IMG/VR virus record: IMGVR_UViG_3300046167_000554
Span: 89,515 to 153,514 of that record
Direction: 5' to 3' (one strand)
Source of the DNA: a virus
DNA length: 64,000 nt
The notes under the pieces are model-generated. The model did not search any database, was not told the origin of the DNA, and was given only the letters and a program-made list of their open reading frames with translations. The position numbers and the translations under genes were made by a program. Shown here piece after piece: positions 10,059 through 20,126 of the stretch; the stretch's first letter is position 1; every line of letters begins with the position of its first letter.

Positions 10059-10896
10059 ATGGCAACAAAATCTAAATTTTATGCAGACCTAGGATTAGAA
10101 TCAGCAAGTAATTTGCAAGTTGATGGTAATGCAACCATTACAGGTGATTTAACAGTTAACGGTACAACGGTAACAGTTAATTCTTCCCCAAACTTCAGTA
10201 GCTGATTCAATGTTAGAACTTGCAAACGGCAATACATCTTCAGATACACTAGATATTGGGTTCTATGGTAATTACGATGATGGATTATCAGACAGTGGTG
10301 CTACAGAATTTACAGGTCTATTCAGAGATGCAACAGATTCCACATGGAAATTATTTGATGGTCTTGAAGTAGAACCCTGGTTCAACTGTTAATATAACAG
10401 GAACAGGATATGCACTTGCAGACATACTCGTAGGAGATTTAACTGCAACAACTATCACTGCAACTAATAGTATCACAGGTGCTTTCTATTGTTTTCCCAA
10501 CATCAGATGGTACAAGTGGTCAGGCAATAGTCACAAATGGTTCAGGAACCCTTATCCTTTGCAACAGTATCAGGTGGTTTAGACGGTGGAACTATAACAA
10601 CTACATCAACAACTGCAACTACAATGGATAGTTTTGCAATAGGAACATATAGAAGTGCAAAATATCAAGTCTCTATATCAGATTCTACTAGTGGAGACTA
10701 TCAACATACAGAAGTCTCAGTAGTTCATGACGGAACTAGTGCATACTTTACCCAATACGGAACAATAACAACAGATACAAGTGAATTAGCTACTTTCGGA
10801 GTAGACATAAACATAAATACCCTTAGAATCAGAGTCACATCTGCCTCAGCAAATTCAACTGTATATAAATTTAAAAAAATACTTGTAGATATCTAA
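10059..10896 (+). CDS. Tail fibre-associated protein, broken by apparent frameshift errors
   Basis: MATKSKFYADLG... continues through fragments 10210-10392 and 10537-10896 with motifs homologous to 7067, 8709 and 9550. Confidence 0.6.
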
Positions 10897-10926
10897 AAAA
10901 AGTGCGTGCCGAGAGGACACACTTAT

Positions 10927-10934
10927 TATAAATA
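10927..10934 (+). promoter_or_regulatory. Late promoter TATAAATA
   Basis: Exact consensus upstream of ATG 10973. Confidence 0.7.
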
Positions 10935-10972
10935 TCTGTATAATAACACATTCTTAGACTAGGACAACGAAT

Positions 10973-11236
10973 ATGGCAACAAAAAACACATTTGTAGTAG
11001 AGTATGGGATTACAGTTGGTTCTACCGAAATTATCACTTCTTCTGGAAAACTTGCAGCTGCAGCGATTTCAGAATTAGATACAGACAATCTTTCGGAAGG
11101 GTCATCAAATCAATACTTTACTAACGCAAGAGCTAGTAGAACAGCTATTTCACTTGCATCAGGCGAAACAAATCTAAGTTATAACTCATCAAATGGTGAA
11201 CTCAGTTTACCAGGTGTTAACGGAGGGTCATTCTAA
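10973..11236 (+). CDS. Short fibre-associated protein
   Basis: 'DTDNLSEGSSNQYFTNARA' repeat; ends NGGSF. Confidence 0.65.
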   Translation: MATKNTFVVEYGITVGSTEIITSSGKLAAAAISELDTDNLSEGSSNQYFTNARASRTAISLASGETNLSYNSSNGELSLPGVNGGSF

Positions 11237-13207
11237 TGGCAGGCGAAAAGAATTTTAATATTAAAAATGGTCTATCCGTTGGTGGTGTAGAAGTTATAAC
11301 TAGTGCTGGTGCCTTTTAACAGGTACAGCAATTGTAGAATCAATTGACGATAGAGTCAATGCTCTATTAGTGGCAGGAACAGGAATCACATTAACATATG
11401 ATGATTCTGCTGGAAGTTTAACAGTATCAGGACAACAAGGTGATATCACAGGTATCGTTGCAGGTGCCTTGGTCTTACTGGTGATGCAACTTCAGGTGAT
11501 GCAACATTAGCAGTTGGTGCTGGAACAGGTATTACTGTAAATGCAGATGACATTGCAATCGACCTTAAAGATGAAGATGACATGTTATCAGACAGTGCAT
11601 CTCACGCTGCATCACAGCAGTCTATCAAAGCATACGTTGATGCAAGTATCTTAACAAAAGATAATACAGACGAGATTACAGAAGGAAGTTCAAACCTCTA
11701 CTTTACTGCAGAAAGAGTTGCAGATACAGTTGGTGGAATGGTCGGTTCAAATACAGAAACAGGAATTACAGTCTCATATGACGATAGTGATAACACTTTA
11801 GACTTTGTAGTTGGAACACTTAACCAAAATACAACAGGTAGTGCAGCTACTTTAACTACTCCAAGAACTATTTCAGGTACTGCATTTGATGGTTCTGCAG
11901 ACATTACTTTAACGACTGCTGGAATTACAGAAAACACAAACCTATACTTCACAAACGAAAGAGTTGACGACAGAGTTAATTCTTTAATTGTTGCTGGAAC
12001 AGGACTTACATCTACATATGATGACAGTGCTGGAACACTTACACTTAACGGACAAGTTGGTGATGTGACTAGTGTAGTTGCTGGTGCTGGTTTAACAGGT
12101 GGTGGAACTTCAGGTGACGTTACTTTAGACCTAGATGCGACAGTAGCAGGTGACGGACTTGCACACTCAAGTGGTGTTCTTTCCGTAACAGTAGATGACA
12201 GTTCAATCGAAACAGATTCAGACACATTAAGAGTCAAAGCAAGTGGTGTTACTAATGCCATGTTAGCAGGTTCTATTGCAAACAGTAAACTTGCAAATGA
12301 TAGTGTAACAGTTAACTCACAAGAAGTTGACTTAGGTTCTTCTATCACATTAACGACTGCAAATGTCGGTGAGAATACAAACCTTTACTATACAGACGAA
12401 AGAGTTGACGATAGAGTTAATGCATTATTGGTTGCTGGTACTAACATAACAACATCATATGATGACAGTGCTGGAACATACACAATTAACTCTTCAGGTA
12501 AAACACAAGAAGAAATAGAAGACATTGTAAACGGATTAGTAGTTGGTGGAACAAACATCACTTCTACATATGATGACGCTGCTGGAACACTTACACTTGC
12601 TGGATTATCAGACAGTGCTATCCAAGGTAAAATTACTGTAACGGATGCTGGTGGAGATGGTTCACTTGCATACAGTGGTGGAACAATTACATATACTGGC
12701 CCTAGTGCATCTGAGACAAGAGCTCATTTAAGTGCTGGAACTGGTGTAACATATTCAGGTGGTGCATTCAGTATTGGTCAGGCAGTTGCAACTTCAAGTA
12801 ACGTAACGTTTGCAGACTTAGTAGTAAGTGGTAACCTAACAGTTAATGGTGCTACTTCAACAGTAAGTTCTACTAATACAACAATGACCGACTCATTAAT
12901 TGAGTTAGGAAATGGAACTACTGGTTCTCCAGCTGGAGACGCAGGTATAGTCATTGAAAGAGGTGATGAAAGTAACGTGTTTATGGGTTGGGACGACAGT
13001 GCATCAAGTTTTGCATTCGGAACAACTACTGCAACAGGTGCTTCAACTGGTGCATTAACAGTGACACCAGCAGCGGTATCCACGGGTGCATTGACAATAA
13101 CAAATGCATCTAATAGTGGTGGAACTGCAAGAAATGTTTACCAATCAACATCAGCTCCTACGAGTGGTGATGGTGCGGTTGGTGATTTATGGGTACTTTA
13201 CTCCTAA
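11236..13207 (+). CDS. Tail fibre protein (5' part frameshifted; ORF track gives 11582-13207)
   Basis: MAGEKNFNIKNGL start at 11236; repeated 'ENTNLY.T.ERVDDRVN.L.VAG..IT..YDD.AG'; ends TSAPTSGDGAVGDLWVLYS. Confidence 0.7.
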
Positions 13208-13258
13208 TATAGGGGTTTAGTATCTCAATAAATAACAATAATTAATGGAATAAAGTAA

Positions 13259-14356
13259 ATGGCATCAGGTTCACAAAAAGTAAAAACACCAACAGGTTGG
13301 AATTCAACCCAAGGTGCATGGGTAAAGACAGGTTCTTCCACATGGAAAGCAGTCGACCAAATTTATGTTAAAACACCTACAGGGTGGAATGATGCATCAG
13401 GTCAAGAATTAACTCAAATACCTTATCCGTATATTGCAAATGCACAAGAACCAAACATAAGGGATGCACAACAACCTTATCCGTATATTGCAAATGCACA
13501 AGAACCAAACATAAGGGATGCACAACAACCATACCCTTACATTGCAAATAATCAGCAACCAAACATAAGGGATGCACAACAACCTTATCCTTATATAGCG
13601 AACGCAAGACAACCTTCTACATATCAACATAGAAGTCCATTTACTTACAGAAACCCAAGTAATGCAAGACAACCTAGTACGTATCAACATAGAAGTCCAT
13701 TTACGTATCAAAGAACTGGTCAAACACCTTTCACATATCAATATAGAAGTCCATTTACGTATGCTAGACAAGGTCAAACACCATTTACGTATAACTATAG
13801 GTCACCTAGTACGTATGCAAGACAGGGTCAAACACCATTTACGTATAACTTTAGGTCACCTAGTACGTATGCAAGACAAGGTCAAACACCTTTCACATAC
13901 CAGTATAGAAGTCCCTTTACATATGCAAGACAGGGTCAAACACCATTTACGTATAACTATAGGTCTCCGTTCACTTACAGGAACCCTGTATCTGCACAAC
14001 AACCTACTATTAAGAATGCACAGCAACCTACTATTAAGAGTGCTCAGCAACCTAATATAAGGTCAGCACAACAACCTAATATAAGGTCAGCACAAGAACC
14101 AAATATTAGGAATGCAAGACAACCAAATAACGCACAGAATCCATTTACGTTCCAAAACCCGTTTACATTCAATGCAAGACAACCAAACAATGCAAGACAA
14201 CCAAACAATGCAAGACAACCGAATAATGCAAGACAACCAAACAATGCAAGAAGTCCAAGTATTGCTCAACAGCCAGGCTCATATATCGCATACTTCCAAC
14301 AATCATATTTCTTTACATTTGGAAGTCCAAGTCAGTTCCCTGGCGAGGAACCTTAA
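13259..14356 (+). CDS. Pro-punctuated repeat protein C; partner of 14367
   Basis: N-terminal 'VKTPTGW..AWVKTG..WK..IYVKTPTGW' adaptor motif; 35 repeat units at 13421-14254. Confidence 0.85.
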   Translation: MASGSQKVKTPTGWNSTQGAWVKTGSSTWKAVDQIYVKTPTGWNDASGQELTQIPYPYIANAQEPNIRDAQQPYPYIANAQEPNIRDAQQPYPYIANNQQPNIRDAQQPYPYIANARQPSTYQHRSPFTYRNPSNARQPSTYQHRSPFTYQRTGQTPFTYQYRSPFTYARQGQTPFTYNYRSPSTYARQGQTPFTYNFRSPSTYARQGQTPFTYQYRSPFTYARQGQTPFTYNYRSPFTYRNPVSAQQPTIKNAQQPTIKSAQQPNIRSAQQPNIRSAQEPNIRNARQPNNAQNPFTFQNPFTFNARQPNNARQPNNARQPNNARQPNNARSPSIAQQPGSYIAYFQQSYFFTFGSPSQFPGEEP

Positions 14357-14366
14357 GGAGTAAATT

Positions 14367-15329
14367 ATGCCAATTGGATTTAGAGTCATACCATATCACG
14401 CACATGCAAGGACTTCTGTTAATGTACAGACGCCGTTCACTTTTCAAGCACCATTCACGTTTCAGGCACCCTTTACGTTTCAGGCACCTTTTACGTTTCA
14501 GAACCCGTTCATTGCACAAGCAAGACAACCGAATAATGCAAGACAACCTTTTACGTTTCAGAACCCATTTACGTACAATTATAGAAGTCCTTATACGTAC
14601 AACCATAGGTCACCATTTACGTACCAACATAGAAGTCCTTTTACGTATCAACATAGAAGTCCTTTTACGTATCAACATAGGTCACCATTTACGTACAGAA
14701 GTCCTGTATCTGCAAGAGAACCAAACATAAGGTCAGCACAACAACCTTATCCGTATATTGCATCTGCACAAGAACCAAACATAAGGTCGGCACAACAACC
14801 TTATCCGTATATTGCTAACAATCAACAACCTACGATTAAGAATGCACAACAACCTTATCCGTATATTGCTAACAATCAACAACCTAATATAAGGAATGCT
14901 CAACAACCTTATCCGTATATTGCAAATGCACAAGAACCTAATATTAGGTCAGCACAGCAACCTTATCCGTATATTGCTAATGCACAAGAACCTAATATTA
15001 GAAACAATCAAGCACCATTTACATACCAAAACCCTGTAAATGGACAAGAACCTAATATTAGAAACGCTCAGACTCCGTTTACGTATCAAAGAACTGGTCA
15101 AACACCATTTACTTACCAGTATAGAAGTCCTTCTACTTATGCAAGACAGGGTCAGACTCCGTTTACGTATCAACATAGAAGTCCGTTCACATATCAAAGA
15201 ACTGGTCAGACTCCATTTACGTATCAACATAGAAGTCCATTCACGTATGCAAGACAGGGTCAAACCCCCGAAGCAAGATGGGATGGAGTTGGTTCACAAC
15301 AGTGGCCTGCAACACCTATTAGTGGATAG
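14367..15329 (+). CDS. Pro-punctuated repeat protein D; antiparallel complement of C
   Basis: SD AAGGAG; 35 repeat units at 14433-15266. Confidence 0.85.
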   Translation: MPIGFRVIPYHAHARTSVNVQTPFTFQAPFTFQAPFTFQAPFTFQNPFIAQARQPNNARQPFTFQNPFTYNYRSPYTYNHRSPFTYQHRSPFTYQHRSPFTYQHRSPFTYRSPVSAREPNIRSAQQPYPYIASAQEPNIRSAQQPYPYIANNQQPTIKNAQQPYPYIANNQQPNIRNAQQPYPYIANAQEPNIRSAQQPYPYIANAQEPNIRNNQAPFTYQNPVNGQEPNIRNAQTPFTYQRTGQTPFTYQYRSPSTYARQGQTPFTYQHRSPFTYQRTGQTPFTYQHRSPFTYARQGQTPEARWDGVGSQQWPATPISG

Positions 15330-15350
15330 TACTAAAGTAAAAGAAAGAAG

Positions 15351-15372
15351 AGGGACTATGTCCCTTTTTTTT
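15351..15372 (+). terminator. Rho-independent terminator
   Basis: AGGGAC-TAT-GTCCCT followed by a T-run. Confidence 0.75.
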
Positions 15373-15388
15373 CGTCCTAAATATATGC

Positions 15389-16963
15389 ATGGAACATATT
15401 GAATCATTAGAAGACCTAAAACAGGTAGTAAAACCAAATCAAAACTATAGGGAAAAATCTTTCCATATTGGTAATTTCGATTTAAAAAGAGAAAAGACTG
15501 AAAAAGAAGAAGAGACTTTAAGTATGTTAGAGTACCTTTTTAATGAAATATGTCCACCATTAAAATATTTCACTTGGGGTGATTTTTTAGAACAAAGAAA
15601 GAAAGACAAATTTACGGGTTTCAATGGTTTACAGAACCAATCTTCTACCTACCACTACTTCTTACCACATGGTTATACTGCAGAGGTAAGACCCGAAAAG
15701 GTGACAAGAGGTCATGCTGGTATGGATATGAAGAATTTAGAAGGCTATATTGATATTAGAGACATTGCAAATTGGGAAGTTATTGAAGGTGGAAAGGATA
15801 AAGACCATCCACATGCATATGAAAGTCTTTCCTCAATGTATTACCATAGTGCAAAAGCACATTGGATTATACAAGACATCCAAAAGAATGGACTAATACA
15901 TCCTATTCAAGGTATAACAAAGGAAAGTGGAGACAAGTTTGGATTTGCAATTCATCCAGGCTCTGTTCGTTCAGGATGTTTTGAAGAGATGGAAGACCCA
16001 TCTATGGAAGTAATGATATGGGACAAACATGATGTCATTACTGGTATTGAACCAATGACATTAAATGATGCACTTGAGTTTTGGAAAAATAGATTAGAAG
16101 AACAGGATGCAGATGTATACAACGTATCCTTTATGTTCAATGAAGGTCATTTAGAGTTCCAACACGACCTATCTAATTTAAATTTCAGACCAAAGGTACA
16201 TGAGTTCAATAAGAAGGTACATGAACTTTCCAAAGGTAAACCCATCAATATTTACATTGGATATGATAGTAGACACACTACATTACCTGAAATTAATAAA
16301 CATTCTATACTCACCAGTATTAAAAGGGGTCTAGGTAATGGTTGGTTTCATGACCAAGTCAGATGGGAACCTGAGATTAAGTTCCTTGACAAATCTAAAA
16401 TTCCCGAGTATAATAGAGAGTATGCAAATCAATCTACTGAGTTTACATATAGTAGATTTCTAATTCCTTACCTAGAAAACTATGAAGGGTTTAGTATATT
16501 CTTAGATGATGATTTCATCTTTGAGAAAAGTATACTACCAATGTTCTATTATCTAAATCCTGATGATGCAGTTGCATGTGTAAAGTATCCACATTACGAA
16601 CATGATACAACTAAATTTGATGGAGAAGTCAACATAGATTATCCATGTAAGTTGTGGTCAAGTCTAATGGTGTTTAATAATGGACATGAAGATTGCAAGA
16701 AACTAACACCCGAAGTTGTTAACACTTGGACTGGAAAACAGTTACATCAGTTTGAGTGGACAGATAAGATTAGTGAGATACCTCAAAAATATGTCTTTGT
16801 AGAGGGTTATGATGACCCCAAAGAGAAGTGGGATTTTACTGCAATTCACTATACAAGAGGTGGCCCATGGGTAGAAGGTATGGATTTTAGTGGTATAAAT
16901 AATTTGGAACACTATAATAAGTGGTTAAACAAACATAAGAACGAGGTAATTAATAATGAATAG
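15389..16963 (+). CDS. Unknown N-terminal domain fused to a GT-A glycosyltransferase
   Basis: C-terminal half has IYIGYDSR, STEFTYSRFLIPYL, DDD (DxD), WSSLMVFN and HYTRGGPW motifs. Confidence 0.75.
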   Translation: MEHIESLEDLKQVVKPNQNYREKSFHIGNFDLKREKTEKEEETLSMLEYLFNEICPPLKYFTWGDFLEQRKKDKFTGFNGLQNQSSTYHYFLPHGYTAEVRPEKVTRGHAGMDMKNLEGYIDIRDIANWEVIEGGKDKDHPHAYESLSSMYYHSAKAHWIIQDIQKNGLIHPIQGITKESGDKFGFAIHPGSVRSGCFEEMEDPSMEVMIWDKHDVITGIEPMTLNDALEFWKNRLEEQDADVYNVSFMFNEGHLEFQHDLSNLNFRPKVHEFNKKVHELSKGKPINIYIGYDSRHTTLPEINKHSILTSIKRGLGNGWFHDQVRWEPEIKFLDKSKIPEYNREYANQSTEFTYSRFLIPYLENYEGFSIFLDDDFIFEKSILPMFYYLNPDDAVACVKYPHYEHDTTKFDGEVNIDYPCKLWSSLMVFNNGHEDCKKLTPEVVNTWTGKQLHQFEWTDKISEIPQKYVFVEGYDDPKEKWDFTAIHYTRGGPWVEGMDFSGINNLEHYNKWLNKHKNEVINNE

Positions 16964-17513
16964 TTTAGTATATACAGAAGAGAGTAAGTTAATAGTTGAA
17001 AAACCTAATGGGTTAAAGTATGAATTTGATAATGTTGATGCTCCTGATTTAGGATTTGAGTATGATATGGTTGTCTATGATGACATAGAAGTCAAAGTTT
17101 TAAAGTGGGATGATGAGAAGGGTGACTTCAATTCACAAGATAAGATACCATTAACAAACGAAGAGAAGGATGCAATTGAAACTTACATTGCAAACTCTGA
17201 ACCACCTATTGGATGGAACCTGAACAATCAATATCTACAACAAATAAATGAAATTTGTCATCAATATGTTGATGATTGTTCTGAAAAGTATGGTTTTCAA
17301 AATCATATAGAGTGTACATATGTAGGAAGAGAGGGGTCAGCACATCCTTACAGAAGTAATGCAAAACGTGTACTAGAATATGCAGATGCAGTATGGTGTA
17401 TCTATGTACAGATTGCAGATGAAATTCAATCTACAAGAGAAGATTTATTAAAATCTATAGATGAATACCTTCAAGTTTTACCCGAAGCACAACAAGCTAG
17501 CTCCCGATTCTAG
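16956..17513 (+). CDS. Hypothetical protein, possibly tail-fibre-assembly chaperone-like
   Basis: Acidic ORF translationally coupled to the upstream gene; function is inference. Confidence 0.5.
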   Translation: MNSLVYTEESKLIVEKPNGLKYEFDNVDAPDLGFEYDMVVYDDIEVKVLKWDDEKGDFNSQDKIPLTNEEKDAIETYIANSEPPIGWNLNNQYLQQINEICHQYVDDCSEKYGFQNHIECTYVGREGSAHPYRSNAKRVLEYADAVWCIYVQIADEIQSTREDLLKSIDEYLQVLPEAQQASSRF

Positions 17514-17534
17514 ACAACAGTAAAAAGGTTTTCA

Positions 17535-18260
17535 GTGAAGATACATTATGTAACTGAACCATTCAAGTTATCAGAAATACCTTTAAAGGATGTTTATGTC
17601 TTTGATGATTTCTTATCTTCAGAAATGCATCGTGCAATAGATTCACATATATATCGTTCAAGTATATGGTCTAAGACAAATCAAGTTAGAGGAGATAGTC
17701 CTACTGGGTTAGCACATCATAGTTTTTGGGGTGCAACATATTTTCGTGGAGTAGAAGGTGGAAGTAAGAAAGTAGTTGATAATGATATGAATCCAAGGGA
17801 TACTTATCTTGCACAATGGTTTAATAGAAAGATACAAACCGACTTTGGATTTCAGTGGGTCAGATTTCAATACATGGGACTGAATTCACAAACACAAGGT
17901 CTTCAAGGAACAACACATGCAGATTGTTCACCTGAAGATGAGTGGAATCTTTCATTTCTTTACTATACCAATAAATTTTGGAATAAGGAATGGGGTGGTT
18001 CATTGAGATTTTACGATGAAATGCAACAAGGAATTGATGGTAGAGATGAACATATTAAAAATCATCAAATTGGTGAAGTAGAGTTTAAACCCAACAGACT
18101 GTTAATGTTTGACGGAAGAATTCCACATGGTGCAGATGCACCTTCTCCTAAAGCAAGATATATGGATAGAAAATCCATTGTTCTTAGAGGAGACGAAATA
18201 AGATTAATAAAAGATACAAGTGAGTGGTTTCATGCCAACGATAGAATTTACAACATTTAA
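17535..18260 (+). CDS. 2OG-Fe(II) oxygenase (prolyl-hydroxylase-like)
   Basis: HAD...LYY..W..EWGG.L.F...PNRLLMFDGRIPH...R facial-triad pattern. Confidence 0.8.
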   Translation: MKIHYVTEPFKLSEIPLKDVYVFDDFLSSEMHRAIDSHIYRSSIWSKTNQVRGDSPTGLAHHSFWGATYFRGVEGGSKKVVDNDMNPRDTYLAQWFNRKIQTDFGFQWVRFQYMGLNSQTQGLQGTTHADCSPEDEWNLSFLYYTNKFWNKEWGGSLRFYDEMQQGIDGRDEHIKNHQIGEVEFKPNRLLMFDGRIPHGADAPSPKARYMDRKSIVLRGDEIRLIKDTSEWFHANDRIYNI

Positions 18261-19116
18261 TACAAAAACACTAGAGGACTTTAGGCCTGTTCTTGCTAAG
18301 AAACTTACACCTGAGTGGTGGAAAAAAACTAAAGTTAATGTTGATGTACGAGGACATAAAGTGCAAACTATACGTTCTTGTCCTGCTATGGATGATTGGT
18401 TAAAGAGTGGTTGGTTGTTAACTGCAAATAGAGACATACATGTAGATTTAGAGACTGGTTCTGATAGTACTTTTAAGACAAGAGCTCATAATGGGTATGG
18501 TTCTCCATCTCATCCTAATGTGCAGACTGCAAATGCATTTGAATACTTAGGAGATTCAGGCCCTGTTAAGGATGCATTCAAAATGAAGAATCCATGGAAC
18601 ATAATAACTCCAAAGGGGTATTCATGTTTTTACTTAGACCCATTCTTATTTCAAAATGAATACTTTGCAACATGGCAAGGTATAATAGATACTGATAACT
18701 TTAATAAAAATATTGATAATGCACAAATCATATTCTACCCTAAAGTAACTCACTCATTTACTATAACAAAGGGTACTCCTCTTTGTCAAGTAATACCATT
18801 CAAAAGGGAGACTTGGAATGCATCTTACATTGTACAGGACTCACAAACCTTTACAGAGAATAGGTCTATAGTTACCTCTCATCATGATAACGAGTTTCCT
18901 ACTATGGACGAGATGGGTAGACATAAGGGTCTATCGGAAGAGGAAAGAAAGATAACTGGTAAGATGGGTGCATATAGAAAACAAGGATACTGGCAAGAGA
19001 AAGGTAAAAACTTTAAACAAGATAATCCACCACCTGAATGTCCTATGCATGTGGTCAGTGAAGACACACCTGAAATTCAATTAGAACTTCCAATAGGAGA
19101 CAATAATGGCAGTTAG
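18220..19116 (+). CDS. Conserved phage protein found with oxygenase clusters (DUF6065-like)
   Basis: 'TIRSCPAM.D...GW', 'NPWNIITPKGYSC', 'KGTPLCQVIPFKRE'. Confidence 0.55.
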   Translation: MSGFMPTIEFTTFNTKTLEDFRPVLAKKLTPEWWKKTKVNVDVRGHKVQTIRSCPAMDDWLKSGWLLTANRDIHVDLETGSDSTFKTRAHNGYGSPSHPNVQTANAFEYLGDSGPVKDAFKMKNPWNIITPKGYSCFYLDPFLFQNEYFATWQGIIDTDNFNKNIDNAQIIFYPKVTHSFTITKGTPLCQVIPFKRETWNASYIVQDSQTFTENRSIVTSHHDNEFPTMDEMGRHKGLSEEERKITGKMGAYRKQGYWQEKGKNFKQDNPPPECPMHVVSEDTPEIQLELPIGDNNGS

Positions 19117-19813
19117 ATTACTATTTCCTACCTTTATATTTGAAGTAGATTTACTTAATGATGATTTACATCCTAATGATGGACTCACTAAAGAGTACCT
19201 AAATCTATTAAAAGATACTATGGATGGAATGAGACAAAGAGACCCCGAAGGACGAAGAATATCTAATGCATATACTGGGTGGCAATCCAACGATGGTTGT
19301 GAAACAAATCCAATATTTGCACAACTACATAAAAAGATATCACGAGTCTTTCAGAGAGAGGTTATTCCATTTCATGGTTTGGACTCATCAAATGCAGTCA
19401 TGCAAATGGGTAATATGTGGGCAAACATAAACGATTTTAGTGCATGGAACAAACCACATTTACATAATGGGTGTTGGTATAGTGGTGCATTCTATATCCA
19501 TGCAGATGGAGACGAAGGTTCTTTAGATATTATAGATAAAGACTGTAAGGTCGTATCAGACTTTCCACATTCAACTAGAACACCTACATCTTATAGTATT
19601 CAACCTACATCAGGAAAGTTAGTGTTGTTCCCTAGTGGTACTATGCATATGGTAGAACCTAACATGACAAACAAAGAACGTTATTCAGTTGCATTTAATA
19701 TTGAAATGAGATATCAGACTAATGAAGGTAGATATCCAATAAATGAAGATACTTACAATGGGGACGAATTTAAATTTGAAATAGACCCTAATGGAGACCC
19801 CATACTGAAGTAG
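19106..19813 (+). CDS. Putative 2OG-Fe(II) oxygenase (TIGR02466-like)
   Basis: LFPT..., WANIN....N.PH.H...YSGAFY, G.LVLFPS..MH.V.PN....RYSVAFN. Confidence 0.8.
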   Translation: MAVRLLFPTFIFEVDLLNDDLHPNDGLTKEYLNLLKDTMDGMRQRDPEGRRISNAYTGWQSNDGCETNPIFAQLHKKISRVFQREVIPFHGLDSSNAVMQMGNMWANINDFSAWNKPHLHNGCWYSGAFYIHADGDEGSLDIIDKDCKVVSDFPHSTRTPTSYSIQPTSGKLVLFPSGTMHMVEPNMTNKERYSVAFNIEMRYQTNEGRYPINEDTYNGDEFKFEIDPNGDPILK

Positions 19814-19830
19814 ATATCCTAAATAGATAT

Positions 19831-20091
19831 ATGGATATCATAGTAAACCCAGCAATTCTTTGGAACGTCATCATAACTGTAATAGTTTTGCCGATTGGAT
19901 TCCTTGTTCGTTCAATCTTAACGGAACAAAATAGACTAAACATTCTTGTCAATAGAACTAGAGAAGAGATAGCTAGAGACTATGTTACTAGAGACCAAAT
20001 AGAAAAAGACTTCGAAAGAATCATGGATACTATAACACGTATTGATGAGAAACTAGACAGACTTCAAACAAAGACATACTTCCAAGACTAA
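19831..20091 (+). CDS. Single-TM coiled-coil protein
   Basis: N-terminal hydrophobic helix followed by a coiled coil; CTAAATA upstream. Confidence 0.6.
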   Translation: MDIIVNPAILWNVIITVIVLPIGFLVRSILTEQNRLNILVNRTREEIARDYVTRDQIEKDFERIMDTITRIDEKLDRLQTKTYFQD

Positions 20092-20096
20092 AAACG

Positions 20097-20104
20097 TATA
20101 AATA
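20097..20104 (+). promoter_or_regulatory. Late promoter TATAAATA
   Basis: Upstream of gp13. Confidence 0.8.
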
Positions 20105-20126
20105 GTATTACAAAAGGAATACTATT

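Noticed and set aside
13421-15266. Repeats as a CRISPR array, or DNA-level inverted repeats explaining the mirror order
   Set aside because: Units are in-frame multiples of 3 with synonymous variation and no unique spacers. DNA of paired units is not reverse-complementary, so the complementarity exists only at the peptide level.
4192-15329. Repeat proteins as RiPP precursors or curli substrates
   Set aside because: No signal or leader peptides and no adjacent protease. The tail-region context and the inter-chain register fit a structural role better.
4192-15329. Diversity-generating retroelement acting on the fibre genes
   Set aside because: No reverse transcriptase and no adenine-specific template/variable repeat pair seen in the window.
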